Of a stretch of 64,000 nt of DNA, positions 25,361 to 37,119 are shown one piece after another. The stretch comes from Mobula hypostoma (taxonomy: Eukaryota): assembly GCF_963921235.1 (NCBI RefSeq), contig NC_086100.1, forward strand, positions 166,346,001 to 166,410,000, read 5' to 3'. Position numbers and translations under genes: made by a program. Positions within the stretch are counted from its first letter, which is position 1; each line of letters starts with the position of its first letter. The notes beneath the pieces were generated by a model that was given only the letters and a program-made list of their open reading frames with translations, made no database searches and was not told where the DNA came from.

Positions 25361-25499
25361 GAATATAGAACATAGAAATCTACAGCACATTACAGGCTCT
25401 TCAGCCCACAATGTTGTGCTGACCATGTAACCTATTCTAGAAACTGCCAAGAACTTCCCTACCGCATAACCATCTATTTTCCTACATTCCATGTACCAA

Positions 25500-26030
25500 T
25501 TGTGATTCAACAATACACATGTACACAGCCAAATGAATCAGCATTCCTCCGCGGCCAATTTGCAAAACTTAGTACCCACAGTCACACACAGCACAGAGCA
25601 GAGCATAACCAATTACTATAGCAGAAAAACATGCAGTCACAAAAAAATAAAGCCCAGTTCCTGGCCTGAAGATTGATGGTGCATGGGATGTTGTCCTGTA
25701 GCCATGTTTCTACAAGAGCAAGCACACAACAGTTCCTCATTATGTGTCGGTGCAGATGAAGCCTAACACAATCCAGCTTGTCTTTCTGGGAGTGAAAATC
25801 AGAGAGAAGCACTGATTCCAACCCAGCACGGATTCCAACACACCTGCCGCACTTCTGCTCTCTGCCACCCCGCCTTCAGCATCCCCTCCCCGGGTAGATT
25901 CAACAGGCAACGTCTACACAACAACCGTGCCCACGAAGCGTCGCCGCTGTCAGTATCACCAATGAACCGAACTTGCAGTATTCTACAGTACCAAAGTCCA
26001 AAATGGCCTTGCGTTCATAAGAAAAACATC
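25500..26030 (-). mobile_element. Internally deleted Rex1/Babar-type element (5' end and APE start fused to the 3' tail)
   Basis: CCVLALVETWLQDNIP endonuclease N-terminus joined directly to tail sequence. Confidence 0.55.
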
Positions 26031-26310
26031 CAAGACAAGCATATGCACGGTTTATTCGACCACGGACTACCTCTGACACCTTCCTCCCCAGGTAGCAGTA
26101 GCAGGTGATGACATGGTACACAACTAGCCGATGCTCTGCTCACCACTATCCAGCAACTTGCTAGTGGAAAGAGACCAATGCAGGACCGTATGGCTCCCAT
26201 ATGGCCCAGGAGAACAGTCATTTGGCCCACAGTCCATATTAGCCCATTACAAGCAAAACCAAAAGCAGCTGCCTTACACTGATGCAATCATGTCAGACGC
26301 TGTTTCACAA

Positions 26311-28481
26311 TGTAGCACAACTCAATGACGGTGTTTGTGAATTATGTAGAACAGTTTCTATTATGAACAATATGTGTCATCTGTCACCCATTACATTATG
26401 CTACACCACCACCCCCCACCCCCAAAACTGACCAAAACTAGCACTGAGAATCTGTCTGGAGCCTGTACAAGTGCTTGGCTCGGCTCCTATGTGATTAGTT
26501 GGAGTAGCAGCAGGTGGATCTGGCACGTCCAAAGATCTGCTGACTTGCACAGGGTCATGTCATGATGCAGAGGGTATGGTAGTGGAGCCATCCAGGTCTT
26601 GGTGGGCCGGATTAAGGTGATCTACAGAAATACATTCAGGTTTATCCTTCCTATCTACAATAAAAGTCATTTCTCCCCATTCCAAAACCTGGAACAGGAT
26701 ATCATTAGGGGGCTTAAGGAGATGTTGATGTGCATCACGGCGGACGAAAACAAACAAGATAGAACGTAGGTCAACTGGAACCCACGAGTGATATACACCA
26801 TGATGGGAGGTAGGAGTAGGTATAAAAGAACTGAGTTTACTGAGGAGGACAAAATACTGCTGAGGCACCCAGCAGACAGCCGTAGTGTCAGGAATAAAAT
26901 AACCTGGCCTCAGCTGTAGAGGACTGCAGGTCCTCTTTTGGGGCTTCTCTGGGATACAGTAGGACCCAAGGAAGACCGTTGTACCAACACCTGTCTGTCG
27001 GGGAGGCCCTCAGAGCGGTGAAACCAGAACCACAGGCCATTGGACAGTGGGCGATAGGGCATGGTGCGATGCAATTTAATACCGAGGTTCTGGGCCAATG
27101 CGGCCCAGAGGTCCGACATGAACTGGGGACTGCGATCGGAAGAAACACGAGATAGAGTACTGAACCGAGCAACCCGGGTGTTAGGTAAACACCTGAGCCA
27201 CGTCCAGAGACGTCATCGATGCTAGAGGGACAATCTCTGGTCACCTGGTGGTACAGTTCACCATGGTGAGGGGATGCGTGAAACTCCGGCGGGGGGTAAG
27301 AGGACCAACTAGGACCAGATTTACATGGTCAACCATCATTCCGATACCTCAAAAGGTACATATTGTGCCTGAACGTGACATTAACTTGCGCCTGCTGACA
27401 CAGGCTGCACTCCAGTCTCGCACATCCTTCCCAAGGCTGTGCCACACAAACTTTAAAGCAACCATTTTTTGAAAATCCCCCCACCTGGATGTGAGAGACC
27501 ATGAATGGAGTTAGAAATCAGTATCCCTCCAGCTTGCAGGCACTATGGGGCGAGAGTAAAAGCCTGAGACAATGCACAGGAGGAAAACCCCTGTGTCCCT
27601 GAACTTAATGTTGGCCAACCACGGGCCCGTGACTGCTGTCCAATAAGCCTGGAGCTCCGTGTCGGTAGCTTGGTCAGTTTCCATGTCGGCATACTCAACT
27701 TTGATGGGTATGGCATTGACGGCAAGCTTTGAGAGGCAATCAGCCCCAGCATTACTCTTCCCTTCGATGTGCTGTGTATAAGTCATGAATTCCGAAATGT
27801 AAACCAGGTGGCATTCCTGCCATGTAGACCAGGGGTCTAACAATTTGGTCAATGAATGTTATGAAATGGCATCCCCCAGTAGGAACTGAAAAAGGCGGAC
27901 AGCCAGATAGAGACAGAGTAGCTTGTAGTCACATACCTTCTCCTTCTTCGTGGGGGTGGGGGGAATTACCAGCTAAAGAAAGCAAGCGGCTGCCACACAC
28001 CTCCAACCAAATGTTCGTGCGCAGCAGCCAGAGCATATCCTGAGGCATCAGTAGTGATGGCTATAGGGGCATTGGGAAGTGGATGTACCAGTAGGGTCAC
28101 GTTCAAAAGAGATTTTCTGTCACCAAATACTCTGACCATGTCTGCTGGCCACTCGAGCAGGTAATTAATGGCACTGCCTTTAACAGCACCATACAAGAAC
28201 AGCATAAGCTCAGAATGAAACGGTGATAGAAATTCACAACGCCTAAAAACTATTTCAGTGCTTTGGTACTGCGGGGCGGTGGGAAGTCCATACTAGTGTC
28301 AGCTTTTGATGGCAGAGTTGTCACACCTTTGGCAGATATGCGGTGGCCACGAAGTCAATAGTGGACAACCTGAACTGGCATTTGTGAAATTAACAACACA
28401 ATTACAGTGTTTGTCAATCATGCAGAACAGTTTCTATTATGAACAATAATCGCCATCTGTCACCATTTATATTAACCTACA
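26311..28481 (-). mobile_element. Decayed Ty3/Gypsy LTR retrotransposon (RT end, RNase H, integrase) with short LTRs
   Basis: KCQF..GHRIS..FLGVVNFYHRFI, AITTDAS, HIEGKSNAGADCLS, HGLSHPG, ISVDHLNPAH; direct repeats 26311-26405 and ~28390-28481; G-rich PPT at ~26406-26423. Confidence 0.88.
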
Positions 28482-28674
28482 AATCAATACAATTTTTCAA
28501 TGAAAGAAATGGGTGGTCAGGGGTGTTAGGGTGGGAATAGAGTGAGAGAAGATGTGGGCAATCCACAGGCAACCAAGATTGTGGAGCAGTGCATATTCAA
28601 GAGGCATAAAGGCTGAGTCATAAACATTACAGGACATGAATCACTCCAGAATCAGGTTTATCATCACTGACTTA

Positions 28675-29178
28675 CACTCAGTGGCCACTTTATTAGGTAC
28701 ACCTGTACACCTGCTCGTTAATGCAAATATCTAATCAGCCAATTATGTGACAGCAGCTCAATGTATAAAACCATGCAGACATGCTGAAGCAGTTCAGTTG
28801 TTGTTCAGACCAAACATCGGAAAGGGGGATAAAATGTGACCCAGGGAACTTTGACCACGGAATGATTGTTTGCACCAGAGTGGTTTGAGTAGCTGCTGGT
28901 CTCCTGGGATTTTCACGCACAAAAATCTCTAGCGTTTACAGAGAATGGCGTGAAAAACAAAACAAAAAAGAGCGGCAGTTCTATGGGTGTGAGAGAAGTG
29001 AGAGGAGAATGGTCAGACTGGTTCATGCTGACAGGAAGGGTACAGTAACTCAAATAATCATGCATTACCACAGTGGCATGGAGAAGAGCATCTCCAAATT
29101 CACATGTCAAACCTTGAAGTGGATGGGCTACAGCTGCAGAGGCCCACCTCCTGTACGTAATAAGGTGGCCTCGAGATG
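28675..29178 (+). mobile_element. Tc1-like non-autonomous DNA transposon inserted in a Rex-type tail
   Basis: TA|cactcagtggccactttattaggtaca ... tgtacgtaataaggtggcctcgagatg|TA; HTH remnant FDHGMIV..LLGFSRTKISSVYREW. Confidence 0.85.
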
Positions 29179-29344
29179 TATGTTCTGAAATTTGTTGTTT
29201 TGTTGCAGCAGTACAGTGCAAGACAAAAAAATAGTTTTTATGTTACTCAAAAAAATAAATGATGTACTAGTGGAACAGCAAGGTAGTGTTCGTTGACTGA
29301 CGGGAGAGACAAAATGAATTTCCCTCATGTTTCGATTGTTACAT

Positions 29345-30122
29345 ACATAGTCATAGTCATAGTCATACTTTATTGATCCCGGGGGAAATTGGTTTTCATT
29401 ACAGTTGCACCATAAATAATAAATAGTAATAAAACCATAAATAATTAAATAGTAATATGTAAATTATGCCAGGAAATAAGTCCAGGACCAGCCTATTAGC
29501 TCAGGGTGTCTGACCCTCCAAGGGAGGAGTTGTAAAGTTTGATGGCCACAGGCAGGAATGACTTCCTATGACACTCTGTGCTGCATCTCGGTGGAATGAG
29601 TCTCTGGCTGAATGTACTCCTGTGCCCAACCAGTACATTATGTAGTGGATGGGAGACATTGTCCAAGATGGCATGCAACTTGGACAGCATCCTCTTTTCA
29701 GACACCACCGTCAGAGAGTCCAGTTCCATCCCCACAACATCACTGGCCTTACGAATGAGTTTGTTGATTCTGTTGGTGTCTGCTACCCTCAGCCTGCTGC
29801 CCCAGCACACAACAGCAAACATGATAGTACTGGCCACCACAGACTCGTAGAACATCCTCAGCATTGTCCAGCAGATGTTAAAGGACCTCAGTCTCCTCAG
29901 GAAATAGAGACTGCTCTGACCCTTCTTGTAGACAGCCTCAGTGTTCTTGGACCAGTCCAGTTTATTGTCAATTCGTATCCCCAGGTATTTGTAATCCTCC
30001 ACCATGTCCACACTGACCCCCTGGATGGAAACAGGGGTCACCGATACCTTAGCTCTCCTCAGGTCTACCACCAGCTCCTTAGTCTTTATCACATTAAGCT
30101 GCAGATAATTCTGCTCACACCA
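29345..30122 (-). mobile_element. Young Rex1/Babar LINE 3' portion with an open C-terminal frame of ~208 codons
   Basis: WCEQNYLQLNVIKTKELVVD..YKYLG..LYFLRRLRSF..KSFLPVAIKLYN; (actatg)n tail. Confidence 0.92.
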
Positions 30123-30204
30123 TGTGCCTGTCTTGTCAGGCTGATCCATACCTCACGGATATCTTGTGACTGTCTTATCAGGATGATGTAATGGTCTTTT
30201 GGAG

Positions 30205-30291
30205 GTCACATGATGTGATTTCCCCACCTATGTGAGGTCACGTGATGACATGTTCACCATGGGTATAAAATGAGACCCCTGGGGTGACGCA
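30205..30291 (+). promoter_or_regulatory. LTR promoter cassette: two E-boxes, a TATA box and a CRE-like site
   Basis: GTCACATGA 30205-13, GTCACGTGA 30237-45, TATAAAA 30264-70, TGACGCA 30285-91. Confidence 0.45.
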
Positions 30292-31159
30292 GTTGGTTTT
30301 CCAGTTAGAACGTTAGCCAGAGACTCTGCTCCGTTGCGTATTTGCCTTATGGCGCAGTTTCGATTTAAAACTGAGTTTTACCTTCTATTGTGAGGTACAA
30401 AAGTGCTGGACCAGCAGTTTAACCAATTTCTGCCAGGTTTGTTGATGTATTTTTTCAGTAGTATTGGAGAGTGAAGACAGGAACCTGAAGAAGTCGTTTG
30501 GTGGTAGAAAGGAGAGACCATTATTGAATTTGTTCAAGAAAGAGTGATCTGCATGAGATAGCCTCTGCTAAAAGTGGCAGAAAAGGCTGTGCAGGATCTA
30601 GTATCCAGAGGGAAGGTCTGTGCCTTTAAACCGTTTTATTTCCGTCGTCGTGAATCCTGCAGACAAGGCAGGATCCGGCTAGGACTGGCGTGACGTTGTG
30701 TCTTCGAGGAATTCTTTACTTCAGGAAAGTCTCTCCTAATTGACTGTATAAATCTCTTGGACTTTCGAATTTACCATTCTAAGAACTGTGTTTGAATTTA
30801 CCGCTTTAAGAACTGTTTTCACATTTATCACTTTAAGAACTAGTACTGAGTGGCAGTTTGTTAAATGGCCTCATAGCAGTTTACTTCCGGTTAAGATTTT
30901 TGTTTGTGTTTTTTTATATATTGAGCAGAGTTTAATAAATGTTTGATTGTTTTTATAAAACCTGACTCAATTCAATTCTATATTCATTGTTGCCGGCCAC
31001 GTGACACGATATAATGTGATTAATAAGTAAATCTAATCAAACCTAAGAAGCTGGTCCTATAAAGTTTAATATTGGTCTTCCAGTTCCTGTACCACCCCAC
31101 CCCCCATGGCAGTAATGAGAAGAGGGCCTCAGGTGGTGATGGCCCTTAATGAGGGAATG

Positions 31160-31720
31160 CTGCCTAAATTGGAAGCTCCAATGCCCTGAATGCAAAATCC
31201 TACAAAAAGTAGTGGATATGGCCCAGTCCATCACCGGTACAGCCCTCACCACCACTGACCACATCTACAAGGAGTGCTGTCACAGGAAAAGCAGCTTCCA
31301 TCATCACGGACCCCACCCCCCCGCCCAAACACCCAGGTCATGCTCTCTTCTCACTGCTGCCATCAGGAAGGTGGTACAGGAGCCTCAGAACCCACACCAC
31401 TAGGTTCAGGAACAGTTATTACCCCTCAACCCTTTGAACAAGAGGAGATAACTTCACTTGCCCTATCAACGAACTATTCCCACAGCCTACGGACTCATTT
31501 TCAAGGACTCTTCATCTCATACTCTTGATATTTATTGTTTATTTATTTATTATTATTATTATTTTCTCTTTTGTACTTCCATATTGGTTGTTTGTCTATC
31601 CTGTTCTCACTGCAGTCTTTTATTTATTCTATTGTGGTTCTTGGATTTACTGTATATACCCGCAAGAAAATAAATCTCAGGATTGTATATGGTGACTTTG
31701 ATAATAGATTTACATTGTAC
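31160..31720 (+). mobile_element. Rex/Babar-type LINE 3' end
   Basis: LQKVVDMAQSITG..LLPSGRWYRSL-like C-terminus and tail. Confidence 0.78.
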
Positions 31721-32240
31721 TTTGCCTTCTCGAGGCATAGGCTTATGAAGATGTCCTTGGTTGTCTGGGAGGCTTGTGCTAGAGCTGGCACTTGGAGGAC
31801 TCTGGGCATAGGGACAAGGCAAATCATTGGGCATGCATTGTGGGACACAAAGATATTGGCAGGTGAATCAGAGATGTTAGTGTTGGATATCCATTGGGAG
31901 ATGGGGGTTGTTGGGGAGGGTGGAGTTGATATAATGTGCTGTTGTTGAAGAACATCATACCTTGGAGGTCTCCAAGTTCAATGCTGAAGGAGAAGGGAAA
32001 AAGTGATGCTTGCCTCTGGTCAACAGTGGGCATCCCCCCAGTGCAACGTGGCCAAAGAACCAAAATGTCCTTGAGGACAGAGCAACAGAAACATCCTTTC
32101 TCCTTGCAGTTCCAACAAAGTAACTCCTTCTCCCTCTTTTCACCCACTTTCTCCGTTAAGCATTAATTATTGAAGGACAGCTCTTATGTACAGAGCAGGG
32201 CATCTTCTTGTATTCATTTTGTGTTGTCAGTGACTCTTAC

Positions 32241-32291
32241 CTTCTCATTCCACGCCCACAGTCCGACTCCGAGAAAGGCCACTCCCAAAAA
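32241..32291 (-). CDS. TSPAN5/TSPAN17: TspanC8 tetraspanin (TSPAN5/TSPAN17 group), coding exon 2: FLGVAFLGVGLWAWNEK
   Basis: 51 nt; ccAG acceptor (32292-3) and GTAAG donor (32240-36); matches the end of TM1 and the exon size of TSPAN5/17. Confidence 0.95.
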
Positions 32292-32364
32292 CTGGAAAAC
32301 AAGAAGGAAAGTAGTTGGGTCCTTCAAATATAGTGGCTTTATTACCATCTTTAGATGCACAGAG

Positions 32365-33110
32365 ACATCATCATCATAGCATGAGAAAAGGCCCTTTGAC
32401 TCATCTTGTCCATACCAGATGTCTACTTGTGCTTTTCTATCCATGAACTTTTCCAAATGTCTTTTAAATGTTGTAATTTTATCTGTCTCTACCACTTCCT
32501 CTGGCAGCTCATTCCATCTACCCCTCTGAGAAATTTGCTTCTCAGATCCATTTCTAAGTCTTTCCTCTCTCACCTTAAACCTAGACCTTCTAGCTTTAGA
32601 TTCCCCTACCCTGGGATAAAGATTGTGACTACTGACCCTATCTATGCTCCTTATGATTTTATAAGGTCACTGCTCAGTCTCCTTTGCTCCAGGCAAAACA
32701 GTCCCGGCCCTTCCAGTAACTCAAGCCCTTCAGTCCCAACAACATCTTTCTGAATACTTTCTGCATCCTACCAAACTTAATCACATCCTCCCTGTAGCAT
32801 GGTGACCAGAACTGTACACAATACTCCAAGTGCAGTTTTGCCGATGTCCCAAGCAGCTATAACATGACATCCCAACTCGTGTGTTCCATGCCTCAACTGA
32901 TGAAGCCAAGCATCTTAACCACCTTGTCTACCTACGTCACCACTTTGGGGAAACTACGTACTTTCCCCTGGCGTCACACTGTTCAACACCACCCACCAGT
33001 GTCCTGTCATTCACTGTGTACGATGTGCCCTGATTTAACTTCATACGCATCACTTTACGCTTGCTGAGTCAAATTCCATCTGCCATTTCTTGGCCCGTTT
33101 GCCCAGATTA
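32365..33110 (-). mobile_element. CR1 3' portion ending ~75 bp upstream of the exon 2 acceptor
   Basis: RWNELPEEVVETDKITTFKRHL; LEYCVQFWSP. Confidence 0.83.
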
Positions 33111-33945
33111 CTAGTAACTTCTGGTGAATTTTATCAATGAGCTCCTTCCTGTGTGTACTTTAGTTATGGGATTTTTTATGTTATAAAAAATATTCGTTTT
33201 TGAAGCTGCTTCCTCCCACTTATGATTTTGTAGGATTTTACAGAGGTTGATGTAATCTTTACTCTTTAATGTTTATTTGGGCACATGATTCAGAAACAAT
33301 TAGGCAATTTTATCATCAGGGAGGATGCCTTTTGAGTCATTGTGGAAGCGATGGCTGCTCAGAGTAAATAAATGGGAACAATGAAGCAGCTGAGAGATGA
33401 TGAGAACGATGAACTGAGCCCACACAGCTCGTTGAGCTGTTCTGCCGATCAATAACCTTGTGGCCAATGAGCTACCCTGTTCACTTGCACTCACAACTGT
33501 AGATCCTTTGAAGTCTAGAAATCTCACAAGCTCAGCCTTATATGCAATCACAAGGAAGGCACGCTAGTGCTTTCTTAGGAGATTAAAGAGGTTCAGCTTT
33601 AAATTGCACACTCTAACAAACTTCTACAGCTTGTATCCTAATCTGGTACAACAATTCGAATGTTCAGGAATGTAAGAAGCTTCACAAACCTCCTCACCAG
33701 CAAAAGTATCTGCATCCATTAAAGATTCACACCATCTGGGCTGTGCCATTTTCTCGCAGTTATCATCAGGCAGGAGATACAGAAAGTTTAAATTACACAC
33801 TACTTGGCTCAAAAACAGCTAATTTCCTTCAGTCATTCAGTTCTTGAACCAACCAGCACAACCTTAATCACCAGTTTGATCAATCTGCACAAAAATAGAC
33901 ATATTTTTCTAATTGTTCCTTGTAAAGAAATTTATATACAATTCA

Positions 33946-34860
33946 TGTCTATCCCTCTCACCGTGGCTCATAGTAAACCAGGCTTTTTAGCTAACCCTGG
34001 CAACCAGCCACATGGCTCTCATTGCATGGGTAACGATGAGAAGGCCACCTTCAATAAGCAACACAGGTCTAAGGTTTGTATGATTCGGGTTCAACCCAAC
34101 TGGAAAGTTGGAATATTCCACTGAGGGAATGGAAATCGTGGTGAATGCTATACAAATTCTGCCCCATGCAAAGTTACCGTTCGCCAGGACCTTACACTGG
34201 CATAAAATTAAAGAGGAAGTATATTTACAGATATTTCAACTTTAACAAACAGTTAGTAGAAAAAGAAAAAGGGCCCATTACAGTTAAACCAGTCTAAATG
34301 TGCACATAAACATTGTAGCTCATTTCTGGATAGTTGGGTGCTTTGCCTTAATTGGTCACACACTGAACCCACGTTCTGTGTGACAGACACCAGCCACAGT
34401 TCAAACTTCCCCTGAAGACCGTTATGAATGAACTGGCTAACTCATAAGTATTGGCACTTCCTCCTTAGAACCATTCATCTGCAGAAAGCATATCTTCCAG
34501 CAGAGTCTCTCCTTTGGGCAGGGTTCTGGCATCATCTTCCCTTGTACTTTTCTTCACACCCCCTTCCACTACCAGCCCCTGCCAGCAAAAGACCCAAAGC
34601 CAACCCACTGTCTCCTAGAAATCTGATGCCACCGAGCTCTCTCAAATGGTTCATGGCATCCCACTGGACAGCGTGTTATCAAGACAAACCCAAAACTGGC
34701 TGGCGCAAAATTCCTAAACTGGGCAAACGATTCCTTATCTCAACACTGTGAAGCTTAATTAACAGAACACGCTGCGTTTTACAGAAAACTGCAGAAAATG
34801 AAACATTTAACAGAACAACAATAATAATACAATAAAACACGTTCTTAACCAGGGCTTACA
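33946..34860 (-). mobile_element. 915-bp TG...CA-bounded insertion (solo-LTR-like) within a Rex/Babar tail (host ~33545-34965, + strand)
   Basis: Termini TGTAAGCCCTGG...GGGATAGACA; the host sequence rejoins as attca|tgtttt; orientation is tentative. Confidence 0.55.
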
Positions 34861-35529
34861 TGTTTTTTGTGAATGTTGCTTATAAAACGCTACATACCAG
34901 TGATAATGCTGCAAGTATTTTATTGTACACACGCACTTGTTCATATGGCAATAAACTCAACTCACTTGAATTTAGTCAATGGACAAGTCCACAGCTGTTT
35001 AGAGTGAAGGATTTGAAAGACTTGCAGCCCTCTGCGTAAAGTAGTTTATTCTCACCTCAGTAATAAACTGTTGAACCCCTAATTCGAGGTAATAGCCATT
35101 GGCGCTGGGAGAAAGATTTTTTGTTATCTTCATTAAATCCCTTAAGAATTTATGTTTCATGGAAGATTGGACACCTCCTTTGCCTCCATTCGTGGCTTTG
35201 CCCCTCGCGATTTCTGAGAACTCCTCCAGTCCCACAAACACCAAGAGCTCAGTGTTCATCCAGTTCCAACTTCCTGAGCATTCCCAGTTTCCAACAATCC
35301 AACAATCTATAGTCGTCCCTTCTACAGATGAACATCATGCTCTATAGTTCTCTCCCAAATCTGTCTCCTCCTCTCTTCCCTATATCTTAGCTCTTCCACC
35401 AAGGATCTGTTTGTCTTCAAGTTCAATCTTACACATATCACAACCTAGAGGACCACTTGTCCTTTGAGGTCCATGTCAGCTCCAAGCACAACCATCCCAT
35501 CTCCGTTTCCTTCTTTCTGTGAACCCCTG

Positions 35530-36120
35530 CAACTTATTGGTGTTGGTTTGTTATTGCCACATGTACCAAGGTCCAGTGAAAAGCTTTTGTTTGCATTGCC
35601 AACCAGTTCAGATCATTGCATACACAAGTATGTTGAGATAGTAAAAAGAAAAACAGAATGCAGACTATAGTGTTGCAGTTACAGAGAAACTGTGGTGTAA
35701 GCAAAGTGCAAGGTGGATTGGGGGATGAAGAGTACATCTTTAGTATATGACAGGTCCAGTCAAGAGTCAGGTAACAGAAATACAGTAGCTGTCCTTGAGC
35801 CCGGCAGTCCATAGAAACACCTTTTTGTTCCTTATGCCCAACAGGAAAGGAGACAAGAAAGAATGAAGTGGGTTCAATATTTATTATGTTGATTGCTTTC
35901 TCAAGGACATGAGAAGTGAAGACAGAGACAGTCAGGGGAGGCTGGTTTGCATAATAGACTGTGCTCACAACTCTGCAATTGCTTGCAGTCTTAGCCAGAG
36001 GAATTGATATACGGTACCAAGCCGTGATACAACTGATGAGATGCTCTCTATCAGTGAGAGTTATCGGGCTCATGCCGAATTTCCTTAGTCTTCTCAGAAA
36101 TCAAAGACATTGGTGTGCTT
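35530..36120 (-). mobile_element. Rex/Babar-type LINE 3' fragment
   Basis: ISCITAWY motif, FLRRLRKFGMSP-like sequence and a typical tail. Confidence 0.7.
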
Positions 36121-36709
36121 TCACGAGCATAGCCAACCTCACTTCGATTCTCTGCCACCAAACTACAATAACAGGGAATTTACAAAGACCAATTAAGCTA
36201 CCAGCTCGTTACTGGATGAGAGGGAAAACCGAAGTACCCAAGGGAACCCCTCCAGTCACAGGGAGAACACAGACAGTAGAAGTCAAGATCAATCCTGGGT
36301 CCCTGGAGCTGAGAGGCGGTTAACCTGATATCCCTTTATGTGGCCTGGTGTTAAGTTCTGTTTGAAAACAATTCTGTGAAGGACCTTGAGATGACTGCCA
36401 CATTAGAGTCACTGCATAAACATGTCATATTATATTACATTCTAAAGACACTTCATCTTATTTACAACCCACTGTCAGCCAACATCAAACAGACACTGAG
36501 AATGCAAGTCAGACAGCACCAGATCAGCAGAGGATATCAGAGATAAAGGACATGCCTCCAGCTCTGATGTACTATAAGGTCATTGATTCTCTCTCACAGA
36601 AGCTGCCTGACCTGCCGAGTGTTCCCACAGGGTTTTATTTCAGATGTCTAGCATCTGCGGGGCTTGATTCCTCCCTTTCCAGTGTTAACTTGACCATGTT
36701 ACCACCTGA

Positions 36710-37085
36710 ATTAGAGGACAGGAGATAAAAGGTGTGGTCAGACAAACTAGGGTTTGTTTTCTCTGAAGTGAAGCAGACTGAGTGGAGACCTGACAGAGTT
36801 TATAAGATTATGATCGGTGTAGATACACAGCTAGTATCTTTATCCCAGAGTTGAAATACCCAATACTAGACTGTGTGCATTTAAGGTGAGAGGGGAAATG
36901 ATCAAAGGAGATATGTGGGACAGGTTACTTTTTAAACAGAGTGGTGAATGCCTGGAATGTGCTGGCCGGGATGGCAGAGGAGGAAGATACGATGGTGATG
37001 TACAAGAGTCTACTAGACAGGTAAATAAATATTCAGAGGATAGAAGGATATAGGCCATGTGCAGGCAGAAGAGATTAAGTATCAT
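36710..37085 (+). mobile_element. CR1 3' fragment
   Basis: RLSGDLTEFIR-like sequence; cagagtggtgaatgcctggaat. Confidence 0.7.
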
Positions 37086-37119
37086 TATATTTACAGTAAT
37101 TGACAGAGGGCAGAGCTTA

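Larger units (their letters stand above)
29337..31006 (+). mobile_element. Solo LTR (~890 bp net) interrupted near its 5' end by a Rex1 LINE
   Basis: TGTTAC...GTGACA termini; 4-bp TSD CGAT (29333-36 and 31007-10); TATAAAA at 30264; AATAAA at 30934. Confidence 0.8.

Noticed and set aside
30770-30842. Three short direct repeats resembling a CRISPR array
   Set aside because: Head-to-tail repeats with no unique spacers, inside a eukaryotic LTR, and no cas genes
32214-32573. 119-aa ORF fusing a CR1 peptide to tetraspanin exon 2
   Set aside because: Chance read-through across the intron; the exon has a proper polypyrimidine/AG acceptor at 32292
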